From: Octopus vulgaris
Lineage: Eukaryota
Direction: 5' to 3'
Assembly (NCBI GenBank): GCA_951406725.2
Contig: OX597820.1
Span: 29,326,001 to 29,390,000, forward strand
Length of the DNA: 64,000 nucleotides
Shown piece after piece: positions 42,277-55,072 of the stretch. The notes below the pieces were generated by a model. That model saw only the letters and a program-made list of their open reading frames with translations. It had not been told where the DNA came from and ran no database searches. Within the stretch, counting starts at the first letter, position 1. Every line of letters starts with the position of its first letter. A program made the translations under genes and the position numbers.

Positions 42277-42448
42277 TTTTGTTCGATCAGTCTCCATGGA
42301 TAAATGGAAAGACATTGAGCTGGAAAAAATGAAAGTGGGGGGTAATAACAAAGCAAAAGAATTCTTTGAATCACAAGAAGACTATCAAGAAGGATGGTCT
42401 CTCCAGGAGAAATATAATTCAAAAACTGCAGCACTCTACAGAGATAAG
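42277..42448 (+). CDS. ARFGAP1: ArfGAP1 coding exon 3 (FVRSVSMDKWKDIELEKMKVGGNNKAKEFFESQEDYQEGWSLQEKYNSKTAALYRDK)
   Basis: TTTCAG acceptor and GTATTA donor. Its phase fits exon 2 (AG+T = Ser), and it closely matches the second half of the ArfGAP domain. Confidence 0.97.
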
Positions 42449-43347
42449 GTATTACTTTAAACTTATAGAGTCGTTGTTGTTGTTGTTGTTGTTTGTGGTG
42501 ATGGTTGTTGTTGTTGTTATTCCTTACCTCCAAGTCAGCCCTGACCGAGCTGATATGTTTTGAGTTAATGCAAGCAATCAGCTTGCTCTTTTATTCCTTT
42601 GGTACCGTTGACACACAAAAGACACTTGCTACACTCTGTAGAGTGGCTGGCATTAGGAAGGGCATCCAGCCATGGAAACCAAGCCAAAATGAGTGACTGG
42701 AGCCTGGTGCAGCTCTCCAGCTTACGAGCTTTAGTCAAACCGTCTAACCCATGCCAGCTTAGAAAATGGATGTTAAATGATGATGATGATGTGGCTTAGG
42801 GGTTAGGGTGTTGAGCTCTTGATCATAAGGTTGTGAATTCAATTCCTGGTGGTGCATTGTGTTCTTGAGCAAGACACTTTATTTCACACTGCTCCAGTCC
42901 ATTCAGCTGGCATAAATGAGTTGTACCTGTATTTCAAGCAACTAGCCTTGTTGCATTCTGTGTCTCACTGAATCTCCTTGAGAACTAAATTAAGGGTACA
43001 CGTGTCCATTGAGTGTTCAGCCTCTTATTTGTTAATTTCATGAGGAGACTGTTCCATTGATTGGATGGATCATCTGGAGCACTTCTCATCATCACCAATG
43101 GAGTGCCAATTAGATAGACACGGTCATGACTGTGTGGTTAAGAATTTCACTTTAAAACCACCCGGTTAGGGGTTTGGTCCTCTTGGACTGTTTATATCTT
43201 TCACTTTTGTCTCAAGTTGCTCAATACATTATGAGTAAAATTTAGCAGACAGTAACTGGAAGAATCTCATTGTGTGTTTGTGTGTGTGATGGAGTATATA
43301 TTCCCCTTGATATGTGGGTGTTGGTTTTCCAGCAAAGTGTCATCATT

Positions 43348-43748
43348 CATACCATATTCTGAGCGCCTTGTTTCCCTGGGCATGGATTCACTGAAGCTCC
43401 GGCGTTTGGCGACGGACTTGGTAAACACCCACAAAGTTATCAACCACCTCACCAACAACAACACTGAACACCTTTTTGATCTCCATGTGTCTAACACACG
43501 TGGACATGCCTACAAAGTCAGAAAACAATACAGCTCCCATGACTTTCGGAAACATTTTTTTCACGCTCAGAATTGCTGAAGCATGGAATAAACTGCCTGC
43601 GTCAGTTGTTGACTGCCATGACACTGCATCTTTTAAGGCCCTCATGCTTTCCGAAATCCGCCGAAACTACACCTGATTATATATACACTTTAGATGAGTT
43701 GTAGTGCACCTGAGCACTGTACACAATTATTATTATTATTATTATTAT
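43348..43748 (+). mobile_element. 5'-truncated CR1-like LINE copy (3' end, (TTA)n tail)
   Basis: Near-identical to 52694-53098. Confidence 0.9.
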
Positions 43749-44986
43749 ACAGATGGAGTTGTTTTTTTTTTAAGTCCCTTTGCAAAAGCATGTTAGGCCG
43801 GTTTGTTGTATGATAGATTGGGAGAATAATCACTTGGTTTGGCATCAGGAATGGAATCTGGGTGTACAAAATTCTTCCTGATCAACATCTCGTCTGATTC
43901 ATGCAAACATGGAAAGTAAATGTTAAAATGAATACAATGATGTTCAGAACTATTTGCAGATTTTATATTTAAACTAGATTGTTGCATTTACTTCCCTTAG
44001 TAAAAGTGATAAAAATAGAACACCATTTTTGTCAAAAATACTTATGTTTTTGTTTGTTGTTTAATCAGAATAAGGACAGAATGTTTGGTGTGTTGCACTG
44101 ATTATGTTGATGCAAACAGGAAAAATAGAAGTCAAAATATGAGCTTATGTATATTTTTGTTAATATTTAGTAGAAGCAACAGAGGGACTCAAGGGCCAAG
44201 AGTTTCACGCATTGGCATTCATATACATGCATGCATGCATACATACATACATACATACATACATGCATACATACATACATACATGCATGCATACATACAT
44301 ACATGCATACATACATACATACATACATACATGTGCAGGTGGCACGTAAAAAACACCATTTTTGCGTGGCCGTTGTCAGTACCGCCTGACTGGCCCTCAT
44401 GCCGGTGACACATAAAAAGCACCCACTACACTCTCGGAGTGGTTAGTGTTAGGAAGGGCATCCAGCTGTAGAAACTTTGCCAGATCAGATTGAGCCTGGT
44501 GCAGCCTCTGGGTTACCAGTCCCCAGTCAAACCGTCCAACCCATGCCAGCATGGAAAGCGGGCGTTAAACAATGATGATGATGGTTGATAGGAAGGGTTT
44601 GTGCCCATTGTCTTTACAAGCTTATCAATACTAACGGGATCAATGTGGTTCGTGTTTCTCTTGAGCAGTTTCAAGGTTTAAAGAATGGATACAATAAGGG
44701 GATAAGAACCCCAGTAACTCCAGTAGTGGTGGTGGTGGTAGTAATAGTAGACAAGACAATGAAGGAAAAGGCTTTAAAGGGAGGCAACGTGTTTGTAAAA
44801 CTAGAGGCTGGAGTGAGTTCTTGAGTGTGTGTCAGTCAGAAAGGTGGCCTTTCTTAGCAGTAATACAATGGTTTTGATTTGATTTATGCCTTTCATTGCA
44901 AAATATTTTTTTAATATGGGTTTTGTGCCTAATCAAAACAAATCTGTTGTTAAAGTCAATATTTGTTTTTCTTTTTATCATTCTAG

Positions 44987-45147
44987 ATATTAACCGAATC
45001 AGAAGGAAAAACATGGAGCATTGCTACATCTACAGCACGAAATTATATTCCAGCTCAACCCCGGTTAACTCCCTTCAACACAATTTCCTCAAAAGACGGT
45101 GTTGTCACATGTAGCGGTGGCTACCAAGAATCACATAGCTTATCAAA
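44987..45147 (+). CDS. ARFGAP1: ArfGAP1 coding exon 4 (ILTESEGKTWSIATSTARNYIPAQPRLTPFNTISSKDGVVTCSGGYQESHSLS)
   Basis: TTCTAG acceptor and GTAAGT donor. Open in phase 0 after exon 3. EGKTWS...ARNY resembles human EGREWS...AQNW. Confidence 0.9.
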
Positions 45148-45267
45148 GTAAGTAAAATTATGTTTAATGAAATTCACCCTGCTCTATGTGTTTAATTGAT
45201 TTATAAAATTTAAAATTTAAAATTTGGTTGCAATTAGTAAAATGTTTAACTCCTCTTTTTTTGTATA

Positions 45268-45587
45268 CTAGCAATATCGCCCGGCGTTCCTCGGGTTTGT
45301 TTCGACCCTTTAGAATTTTTCTGGTCGAAATACACCGAAAAATGGTGACACAGCAGACAAAAAATCGTAAAAAAATAAAGATTTTCATAGAAAAAAGCAC
45401 CTTTTTCATGTAAATAATTTTTGGTGTTAACATGGTCCGATTCTGCTACGGAAGGAAGAGCAAGCCTTCTTCTATCATACACTCAGTTTTGGTCAACTTG
45501 CGCCACAGGGTCTCAGAGAAGATAGTGTTAGTTGAAGGCTACCAAACCTGCCATACACAGACAACTTCAGCTTTATATAGAGAGAGA
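45268..45587 (-). mobile_element. Non-autonomous Helitron, 320 bp
   Basis: Minus strand starts A|TC at 45587 and ends CCCG-AGGAACGC-CGGG hairpin ... CTAG|T at 45268. These are canonical Helitron termini in an AT target. Confidence 0.8.
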
Positions 45588-45597
45588 TTATGTACAT

Positions 45598-45676
45598 ATC
45601 TGATCATCCAAGTTAAGCATGTCAAGCCTAGTTCTTAGATGGGTGACCACTTGAGAAACCTAGGTGATATAAGCAT
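45598..45676 (+). pseudogene. 5S rRNA-derived fragment (pseudogene or head of a 5S-derived SINE)
   Basis: tctgatcatccaagttaagcatgtcaagcctagttcttagatgggtgaccacttgagaaacctaggtgatataagc aligns by eye to the 3' two-thirds of 5S rRNA (GATC..GAAGTTAAGC...CTTGGATGGGAGACCGCCTGGGAA.ACCGGGTGCTGTAGGC). Confidence 0.65.
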
Positions 45677-46509
45677 CTCACACTTTATAGGTGCCGGAGT
45701 GGCTGTGTGATAAGAAGCTTGCTCCCCAACCACATTGTGAGTGGATTTGGTAGATGGAAACTGAAAGAAGCCCGTTGTGTGTGTGTGTGTGTGTTTATAC
45801 AGGTACTGAAACTCTTATCCAGCAACCTTGGGACCGGGGATGATCTGGATTTCTGGACACAGGCTAAATATATACTGAAGTATGAAAGAAGCTACAAAAA
45901 GTAAAGGACGAAATTGTATAACATATACAAATTAATACATTTGTAAAGCAGGGCCTGTTAGATCTTTATTAAGCCACTTGAAATTCTTAAAACGCATAAA
46001 ATATAGAATACTGTACCATGTATAATATATAGGATGAAAAATAAACAAAGAAAAGTAAAGAACATAATTTTATTTAAGAGCTACAGGTACAAAATAATAC
46101 ACTTTTGAAGTAGAGTATGTTTAATCCCTATTAATCCACTGAAAAAAGTAAAGAACAAACTTGTTTAAATACATTGTACACCAACTTAAAAAAAAAAAAA
46201 AAAGAGACGGTTTACTCAATATGTACAGAACATGAAATATACTGCACAATTTGACTGGTTCCCATACTGGTGGCACATAAAAGCACTATCCAAACATCGT
46301 CAATGCCAGCCTCCTGTAGCCCCTGTGCAGGAGGCACGTAAAAAGCAGCCACTACATTCTTGGAGTGGTTGGTGTTAGGAAGGGCATCCAACTGTAGAAA
46401 CACTGCCAGATCAGACTGGAGCTTGGTGCAACCTCCTGGCTTCCCAGACCCCAGTCTAACCGTCCAACCCATGCCAGCATGGAAAACAGACGTTAAACGA
46501 TGATGATGA

Positions 46510-47770
46510 ATATTGCACAGTATTTAACAGAAACCTGTACTGTACATACAAATTATAAATCTTCAAGTGAAGATGATTCAGCTTCTAGGGTGACTTGAGG
46601 AGAAGCACAGGTCTTCAAGGTTGAAGCTCCAGATGAGTTTCACTTGAAACTGTCTGGTTGAGCTTTGAAAACATGTCCTTTAGATTCTGTTGTTTCAAAT
46701 ACTTGGGGTTTTTTTTAATGAAAACTTCTTATATTTTGTACATCCACATTAGATGCTGCTCTGTGATGAAAGACTTTTGCTCCATTCCCCAAATCAGCTC
46801 CTCCGTCAGGCTGATGCACCTGTCTATAGGCATCTCTCCCCTTCTTTCAGTGCACTGTCACCATCATCATCACTACTCTTATCTGATTTGTTCTTACAAT
46901 TGGGAAGCATATAAACAATACATACATTGTCCTTGACTAAAACTTCAGCAGGAGGGTCTGTAGAATAATTATCAAGCACTCAAGGTATTTTGTAGTCATC
47001 AGGTAGTCCCACAGATTTACAGTGAGCCCTGGCTTCAAGCATAAAGTTCTTAATGAAACCATTTGGTGAAGATCTGTGTTGTCATCCAAGCTCACTTACT
47101 TGCCTTAGAAATCACAGGAAAAACCCAGACTCCCTTAAATGCCCTAGGATTTCTACTTTTTCCAACAGTGGGTAATTTGCTTTTGTGGGACCAGATGCAT
47201 TGGAACATCGTAAGTCATTCCCTGCAAACCTTAAGCCTTGATGGTGCTGACTATTTCTGTTGTTACATATGTCCCCCTCAGTATGTAACACCAGAATAAA
47301 GAAGTTTCATCAGCATTATACACTTGTTCAGCTGAGAGTCCCTCATCAGAAAACAGCTTAGCAAATTTGTCTAAATACACCTCTGTAGCTTTGTGGTCTG
47401 CAAAATTTTTTCTCCATAAACTTTCAGCCTGCAAAGGCTCTGCTTCTGTTTAAATCTGTTGAACTTCCCAGTTGAATAATCACACAGAGTTGTTAATTTT
47501 AATTTCTCATGAAACAGTTTAGCTTGAGCCAATACAATGGAACAATTAATTGGAAACTTTTCACTCCAACAATGCCTAATCCATTCGAGCAACACCTTGT
47601 CCACGTCAGCACTCTTCAACTGATGTAAAGTTTTTCACCTGTCCATTAATTTAGTCACATCACTGTAACTGTAAAACAGAAAAGTTTCTGTTCTTTTTTG
47701 TTTCTCGATACCATAGACAGTAGACATACCAATACCATTCCTCACTCAAAATCTGCACCGAAGCACCTTT
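46510..47770 (-). mobile_element. Decayed Tigger/pogo (Jerky-like) transposase remnant
   Basis: CENP-B-type HTH (DVDKVLLEWIR...PIN...AQAKLF...STGKFNRFK) and DDE start (EQVYNADETSLFW) in broken frames. Confidence 0.8.
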
Positions 47771-50010
47771 ATTGTGTCTTGTTTGTTCCTTCTCGAGCCA
47801 TGCCTGGCTCATAAGGGCTGGTTTCCTTGGCGCATAGGTTCCCCACCTGGACGGGACACCGGTGTGTCGCAGGTGAGCTGCTAGATACTGGAAGAAAGTT
47901 GTGACGAAAGAGTCAGCAGAAGTTCGCCATTACTTTCTGCTGGAGCCATGTGTTTTCGCTCATAAACACACACATCGCCCGGTCTGAGATTCGAACCCGC
48001 GATCCCTCGACCGCGAGTCCGCTGCTCTAACCACTAGGCCATATGCCTCCACTTTATCGAGTCTTGGGTAGGTTGGTATTAAAATAGTTTAAATAGTGTT
48101 CGTATTTAAATTTAAACATCATAATTGTATGTAAATATAGCAACCTAGTTATGTAAGAATTTTTCGGAACGAACGAAAGTATTTACCTATCCTCATGGCT
48201 GAGAGTCAGAAGTCTTGAGCACAAACCATTGGTTGCATCTCCATGTTCTTTGTGGGGATGAATAGGGTCAGTGGGTTCTGAGTTCTCTTCCAACCTCATT
48301 TTCTGTCTGGATTTGACATCCTTATCTTTCACTTCTTCGTAAGCACTCTGAGGAAGTGAGTTGTTATGCTCAGAGTTATCCCTCTTCCACTTTCTCATTT
48401 GTAGCATGGGAGTAGCTGTCAACTAAACAGTTCCTTTTCCTAGAAACTTGCTTTAACAGAAGCTAAGGGAGCTTCACTCTCCAGTTTAAAAGCATGCTGG
48501 ACACTGTCCCAAAATTTCTTAATCACCATTATTTTCCTAAATTCCTCCAAATTTTTTATTAATTTTGCAATTCATTGAAATACATCGACAGAAATATGAC
48601 TCTGGAAGTGTTGAACAGTTGTTTTTCTATCAAAGAAAAAGAGGTTATCTCATGTAAATTAGAAACTAAAGGGTTAAATAAATGCTCAAGTTAGTATTAC
48701 CCCTAACATACTTGATATTTTTCTTGGTACATATGTAGATTAAAAAAGGATTGTCACTGTCCAGACTACAATACAGTATCATAAATATGTTAACTATTAA
48801 AATTACTTCTCTTGGTACAACTATTTTTTTTTCTAAATAGAGATTTTGATTTATCTCCCCTTGATCATTTTTATATGATGAAATATACAATACATTTTTA
48901 AAATATGCTCATCCAATCATCATCATCATCATCGTCGTCATTGTATGTCTGTTTCTCCATGCTGTCATGGATTGGACTGATCGCTTTGGTATTCTCTAAA
49001 ATTGCCAAACAGAAGAGTAGACTTACACAGTTTCATTATCATCATATCGTGGCAGATTTTTTAGAATCTGATAGTCTTTCTGTTGTCAAGCCTCACCTCT
49101 TTTCAAGCAAGCTAATATTTTCCCATGGCCACATGTATTTAGTTCAGAGAAATTAGAAATTAATAACATCATTTGTATGATGGTAAGACATGTTTACAGT
49201 TATTGCACAAAGGGATGTACAAATACACACACACAAATGTATGTTTGCATGTATGTATCTATTGATCTAATTATGATGGGCTTCTTGCACACATGGCATC
49301 GATCGTCCCTGGGCTATAGAAGACGTTTTTGTCCAAGGTACTGTGCAGTGGAACTGAACCTGAAATAGATTAGTTGTGAAGTAAACTTCTTAATCACACA
49401 ACACATTTATGGAATGACCTAATATATGTATGTATGTATTGTTGATGGCAAACTAGTGGGTGTCAAAACACATACAGCTATAATTAATAGTATATAGACT
49501 TTGAGTTGTAAAAACCTTTTTGGCTAGAAAAAGTTAAAGGCAGCTTTCAAAACAAAATGTTCCAAAAAGAAAGATATATATCACCATCATCATTTAATGT
49601 GGACAGTTTGACAGGAGCTGGCATGCCTGAGACCTGCACCTGGCTCCAATTGTCTGCTTTGGCTGGATGCCTTCCTTGTCTTCAAAATTGTTGATTCATC
49701 CCACCTTAATTTTTTTTATCACTTAATAACCAAGTAAAATATAAGTGGTGGATAAATATATTCTTCTACATTTATTAATCCCTGTTCATTTACATTTGTA
49801 TGTCTCATGTATACAAGCACACATATATGTACATACACATGTACACTAACACATATATAAACCTACATATATATATGTATACATTTATGAATCTAATTCT
49901 ATCCTATTGTCAGTGTCTTTTCTTATTTTCATATATATATATATATATGCTAGCATGGAATGCAGATGTTAAACAATGATGATGATGATATATATATATA
50001 TATATATATA

Positions 50011-53000
50011 CGTCCGAAGCTACGTGTAGCGGCTTCCCTGAATAGGAACTCAGCTCTACAGGAAAGCTTCAGTCTTCGGGAAGATGGACAAATCTGGAGA
50101 TTTGTCAAGACTGATGAAACGTGGAAGAGAGATACCAGCTGGTCTGAGTGCTCTCTACCCACAATAACTAAAAAGACTACAGCAACTCAGGGAAACTAAG
50201 CCAGGACAACCTGCCATCCTCCACACACCATCATAAACTGCGAGCAGGGTACAAATTGTTGTCCTTAAATGCTCGCAGTTTATGCAACAAAATACATTTG
50301 TTCAACGCCTACGTCAGAAGTGTTGACCCTGACTTCATCACTGTCACGGAAACATGGGCGCATTCCTTACTCTGTGATGGGGTTTTCAACATCACGGGGT
50401 ACAACCTCTTCCGTAAGGACCGCACTAACCGCCGTGGTGGTGGTGTGATGGTCTACGTTCGTTCAAATTTTTTGGTAATTCCTTGTGCCGATTTGAACGA
50501 ATCACAAGAAGTTTTTTTCTGTGACGTACGTATGACCATGTCAACACTCCTGCTTGGCGTTGTTTATCGTCCCCCAAATTACCATCAGGACACACAGCTT
50601 TGCAACATCCTCCGAGCTGCAGCCAGGAAAACAGCCACTTATGTGTTTATTGCAGGCGATTTCAATCATCCTGAGATCGATTGGGAAACCTTCCGTTGGC
50701 CACAGAGTGCAAACGATTTTGTTGAGCTTGTGCTGGACTCAAACTGGTCACAAGTAGTCACCTCTCCAACAAGAGGCGACAACACCTTGGACCTGCTCTT
50801 CACCACAACTCCTGGAGCGGTTATCAATTGCACTACGGAGGAACCTCTAGGTGACTCTGATCATGCTATGATCATCGCCAATCTGGCTCTTGCGGGCAAC
50901 AAACACCTGAACCATCTCCAATCTGCTTCCTTCGATTGGAAGAGAGCAGATTGGAACCTGTACCACACTGAACTACAGCACCCAAACTGGCGTGAATTCT
51001 ACAACTCTGGAGATGTGAATACTATACTCCAGAGTATCCTGGACTCAATATGGGCAGCATGTGCAGCATCAGTGCCACGTAAACAAAAAAAGAAGAACCG
51101 CCCCAAAAGGGCAATTTGGGAAACTTCAGCGGTCCGACTTGCCAGGAAGGAACGTCGGACTGCTGAACAGGAATACAAGTTGCATAAATCAGACACCAAC
51201 AGGAAGAAGCGGAATAAATCCTCCAACCATCTCAAGCAAGTGACAAAAAATGCAGTGCTTGAATTTGAACAGTGCATAGCAGCCAATCCTGACAGCAAGG
51301 TTTTCTGGAAATATGTGCATTCAAAGCAGAGACCTCACTCTCCAGTGGGCCCTCTTCGCAACCCTCACACGAACCAGATCACTGACGACCCCAAGGAATG
51401 CGCAGAACTCATTGCCGAATGCTATGCAAACATATTCACTGTCGAAAGTCAAAATGTACCATCTTCACCATCACTAACAGCAAACTCCATAACAACTATG
51501 GAATTTACACCTGCAATGCTGCGACGTCACCTTCAAAATAAGCGCAACTATGCCTCCCCTGGTCTCGATGGAGTTACATACCTGCTTCTCAAACGTGGCA
51601 GGCACTTCCTTTTACACCAGCTTTCTATTTTCTTCCAGTACTGTCTCAACAATGGTGCTACTCCGGAGCAGTGGAAAACTGCCAGTGTCATTCCTCTGTT
51701 CAAAAAGGGTGACCGCACATCACCTGTCAACTATCGCCCAGTCAGTCTCACTAGCTGTATTGCAAAACTGATGGAATCGTGTGTCAGAGAAACACTCTGG
51801 AACTTCTGGAGCTCTCACAGTCTCATCCGACCCTCACAATATGGATTTGTCCCTAACTCCAGCTGCAGTGACCAGCTTGTCGAGTTCCTTGAGGACATTA
51901 CTCAGATCACTGACAGTGGCTCATGGGTGGATGTTGTCTACCTTGACTTTGCTAAGGCTTTCAACTCTGTGCCACACAAAAGGCTTATGGTGAAACTCTC
52001 TGCAATGGGTGTGGGGGATGACCTTTTTAACTGGTTGAAATCCTTCATCCTCAGCCGAAAGGAGGTAGTCACAGTTCTAGGACAGCACTCTACACCATAT
52101 GAGATGTCATCGGGTGTACCACAGGGATCTGTCCTTGGTCCCCTCCTGTTTGTGGCATACATTAATGACATAGATGCCAATTTAAAGAATGCCACAGTAT
52201 TGAAATATGCAGACGACATCAAGCTGTACCTTGAAATCAAGAAGACTGATCCTGATGTCTACAACTCTTTCCTGCAATCAGACCTAGACACAATGCAGCA
52301 ATGGATCACAGACTGGCAACTGAAACTGGCTGTGGACAAGTGTACCACCATGCATTTTGGGAGAAAAAACCCTGCGTTCACATACTCCCTCCACAACACT
52401 GATATCAAGAAATCCTCTTGCGAGCGTGACCTAGGCATCACTGTCAGCAGTGATTTGCGTTGGACAAAGCATATCTCTAAAATTGTCAAGAAGGCCAAGG
52501 GTGTCTTGGCATCACTCAGCAAGACTTTTGTTAGCCGCTCTCCAGCCATCTATTTAAAACTGTATACAGCTATGGTACGACCACACTTGGAATTCGCATC
52601 ATCAGTTTGGAATCCCTATCTTGCTCAGAACATTGACCTCCTGGAATCTGTCCAGAGACGTGCAACCAAACGCATACCCTCCGTCAGACACCTACCATAT
52701 TCTGAGCGCCTTGTTTCCCTGGGCATGGATTCACTGAAGCTCCGGTGTCTGGCGACGGACTTGGTAAACACCCACAAGGTTATCAACCACCTCACCAACA
52801 ACAACACTGAACACCTTTTTGATCTCCATGTGTCTAACACACGTGGACATGCCTACAAAGTCAGAAAACAACACAGCTCCCATGACTTTCGGAAACATTT
52901 TTTCACGCTCAGGGTTGCTGAAGCGTAGAATAAACTGCCTGCGTCAGTTGTTGACTGCCATGACACTGCATCCTTTAAGGCCCTCATGCTTTCCGAAATC

Positions 53001-53067
53001 CGCCGAAACTACACCTGATTATATATACACTTTAGATGAGTTGTAGTGCACCTGAGCACTGTACACA

Positions 53068-53098
<31 letters not shown>
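50011..53098 (+). mobile_element. Young CR1/L2-like LINE, 5'-truncated in ORF1, inserted in a (TA)n tract, with a (TTA)n tail
   Basis: End of ORF1 (...TQGN*), APE-RT ORF2, short 3' UTR and ttattatta tail. Four or more related copies lie in the window. Confidence 0.95.
50172..52928 (+). CDS. LINE ORF2: apurinic endonuclease plus reverse transcriptase; premature TAG at 52926 where sister copies have TGG
   Basis: Motifs NARS, TETW, GGGV, YRPP, GDFN, LDL, SDH (APE) and YLDFAKAF, GVPQGSVLGP, YADD, ERDLG (RT). The frame is open from 50172 with no ATG before the endonuclease start. Confidence 0.9.
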   Translation, partial: KDYSNSGKLSQDNLPSSTHHHKLRAGYKLLSLNARSLCNKIHLFNAYVRSVDPDFITVTETWAHSLLCDGVFNITGYNLFRKDRTNRRGGGVMVYVRSNFLVIPCADLNESQEVFFCDVRMTMSTLLLGVVYRPPNYHQDTQLCNILRAAARKTATYVFIAGDFNHPEIDWETFRWPQSANDFVELVLDSNWSQVVTSPTRGDNTLDLLFTTTPGAVINCTTEEPLGDSDHAMIIANLALAGNKHLNHLQSASFDWKRADWNLYHTELQHPNWREFYNSGDVNTILQSILDSIWAACAASVPRKQKKKNRPKRAIWETSAVRLARKERRTAEQEYKLHKSDTNRKKRNKSSNHLKQVTKNAVLEFEQCIAANPDSKVFWKYVHSKQRPHSPVGPLRNPHTNQITDDPKECAELIAECYANIFTVESQNVPSSPSLTANSITTMEFTPAMLRRHLQNKRNYASPGLDGVTYLLLKRGRHFLLHQLSIFFQYCLNNGATPEQWKTASVIPLFKKGDRTSPVNYRPVSLTSCIAKLMESCVRETLWNFWSSHSLIRPSQYGFVPNSSCSDQLVEFLEDITQITDSGSWVDVVYLDFAKAFNSVPHKRLMVKLSAMGVGDDLFNWLKSFILSRKEVVTVLGQHSTPYEMSSGVPQGSVLGPLLFVAYINDIDANLKNATVLKYADDIKLYLEIKKTDPDVYNSFLQSDLDTMQQWITDWQLKLAVDKCTTMHFGRKNPAFTYSLHNTDIKKSSCERDLGITVSSDLRWTKHISKIVKKAKGVLASLSKTFVSRSPAIYLKLYTAMVRPHLEFASSVWNPYLAQNIDLLESVQRRATKRIPSVRHLPYSERLVSLGMDSLKLRCLATDLVNTHKVINHLTNNNTEHLFDLHVSNTRGHAYKVRKQHSSHDFRKHFFTLRVAEA

Positions 53099-53104
<6 letters not shown>

Positions 53105-53519
53105 CATATATATACACACACGCACACCTGTGTATGCTTGTGCACACTTGTAGTTGTGTGTTAATGTGTATATATTCCATGCACTTTACTATTTGAGGGA
53201 ATTGGTGTTGATGTTGACTTGTTCACATTACAACCAGTTGTTCTGTGCTTTCAAAAACATGAGGAATAGAGATACCTAAATTTAAAAACATTAAGAGTTA
53301 GAGGCAGGAAGAGCATCCAGTCAAAAAGTTCTGCCATAAATAATTCTCCATCAAAACCCATGCTAACATGGGAAAATAAATGTTAAACAAACAAACATCA
53401 CCAGCTGATTATACAAGGCTGTTTTCATTTAGTACCATCTTAATTGATTACACTTTTTGGTGTATCTTTTGTGTGTTACTCATTCTTCATTACCAGATTC
53501 AATATGTTTTTGTTTACAG

Positions 53520-53588
53520 AGATGAACAAGATAAGAAAAAAGAAGAATTCTTTTATAACCGACAAGCTGAAAATGCTGCGAGATCAGA
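53520..53588 (+). CDS. ARFGAP1: ArfGAP1 coding exon 5, 69 nt, phase 2-2 (KDEQDKKKEEFFYNRQAENAARS)
   Basis: TTTACAG acceptor and GTAAGT donor. KEEFF..RQ.EN..R is the motif that precedes PPSQGGKY.GFG in invertebrate and fungal ArfGAP1/Gcs1. Confidence 0.88.
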
Positions 53589-54149
53589 GTAAGTTATTGG
53601 AGTTCTCATTATTTCATCTTACTTGCTCAAGTTAATTCTGTGAGAGGGGACAGTATCCTGTTGTTAAAGGTTTCACAGGGTCTCTCAGGGTCCCTTTCCA
53701 TGAATTATAAGACTCAGTACCTAGATATTGTTGTTAAGGCATCAAGCTGACAGAATTGTTAACAGTCTAGGTGAAACTCTTAGCATCCTTTCATCCATCT
53801 TTATGTTCTGAGTTCAAATTCCGCTGAGGTCAACTTTACCTTTCCTCCTTTCAGGGTCGATAAAATAAGTATCAGTTGAGCACTGGGGTTGATGTAATTG
53901 ATTTACACCCCACCCAAAAAAATTGCTGGCCTTGTCACAAAATTTGAAAGCATTTAAAAAAAATTTTTTTTTATTATAAAAAATTAGCAAGCTTGCTGAA
54001 TTGTTAGCATGGTGGATAAATTCTTAGTGGAATTTCTTCCAGTTCTTTACATTTTCCCAAAAGGATGAAAGGTAAAGTCGACCTCAGCAGAATCATCACT
54101 GCATCAGTTAAAATGCCTTGTGACATTTATTTCAGCTCTTTATGTTCTA

Positions 54150-54480
54150 TCAGGCTGAGTAAAAAGGAAGAAACGTTTTGAAACATGAAATTCATCACAA
54201 TATATTTCAACACTGCTGAAATTTAATTCATCAAAGTTATTACCATTACAATCAACACATTTTTACCAACGAGTTACAAGTTTGTTTATTCCAGTAACAT
54301 AAAAATCTGGAGTTCTGAAGTTGGTGAACTCTTTGAAAGCGCTTTCAGCATCGGTTTGATTTTTGAACTCTTTCTCTCATAGGAAACCATCAAAGTGCTT
54401 GAAAAAGTGGTAGTGAGTAGCAAAAAGGTCTGGTGAATAAGCTGATTGGGGAAGAACTTTATAGCCAAGTTCCCTTAACT
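54150..54480 (-). mobile_element. Possible mariner-like 3' fragment
   Basis: TA-TCAGGCTGAGTAAAAAG terminus, also seen at about 41717, followed by decayed sequence. Confidence 0.35.
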
Positions 54481-55072
54481 TCCCTTAAAGCTAACATTAA
54501 AATGAGGCAATGGTGATGGTGGTGGCAATTATTTTCATGATTTTTGTTATTATTAAGGTGGTGAGCTGGTAAAATCGTTAGCATGCCAGGCAAAAATACT
54601 TTGTGGCATTTCATCCACCTTTACATTTTGAGTTCAAATTCCGCCAAGGTCAACTTTGCCTTTCATCCTTTTGGGTTTGATACATTAAGTACCAGTGAAA
54701 CACTGGGATCAATGTAATTGACTAGTCCCCCTCACTCAAAATTTCAGGCCTTGTGCTTATAGTAGCAAGGATTATTATTATTTTTTTTTTTCCTTCTTTC
54801 TTCAAATTTTCTTACGTTTCTTGCCGAGTGTTTTCCGTACACCTAGGGCAGAGAAGCTCATTGTATGTATTTCCAGATTACACACACAAATTCACAGATA
54901 AAATATCATCATCATCATCGTTTAACGTCCGTTTTCCATGCAAGCATGGGTTGGACAGTTCGACCGGGGTCTGGGAAGCCAGGAGACTGTGTCAGGCTCC
55001 AGTCTGATCTGGCAATGTTTCTACAGCTGGATGTCCTTCCTAATGCCAACCAGCTGTAGAAACACTACCAGA

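Noticed and set aside
48820-48900. Pyrimidine tract plus TAG acceptor as a possible extra exon between exons 4 and 5
   Set aside because: No GT donor before an in-frame stop, and exons 4 and 5 already join in frame.
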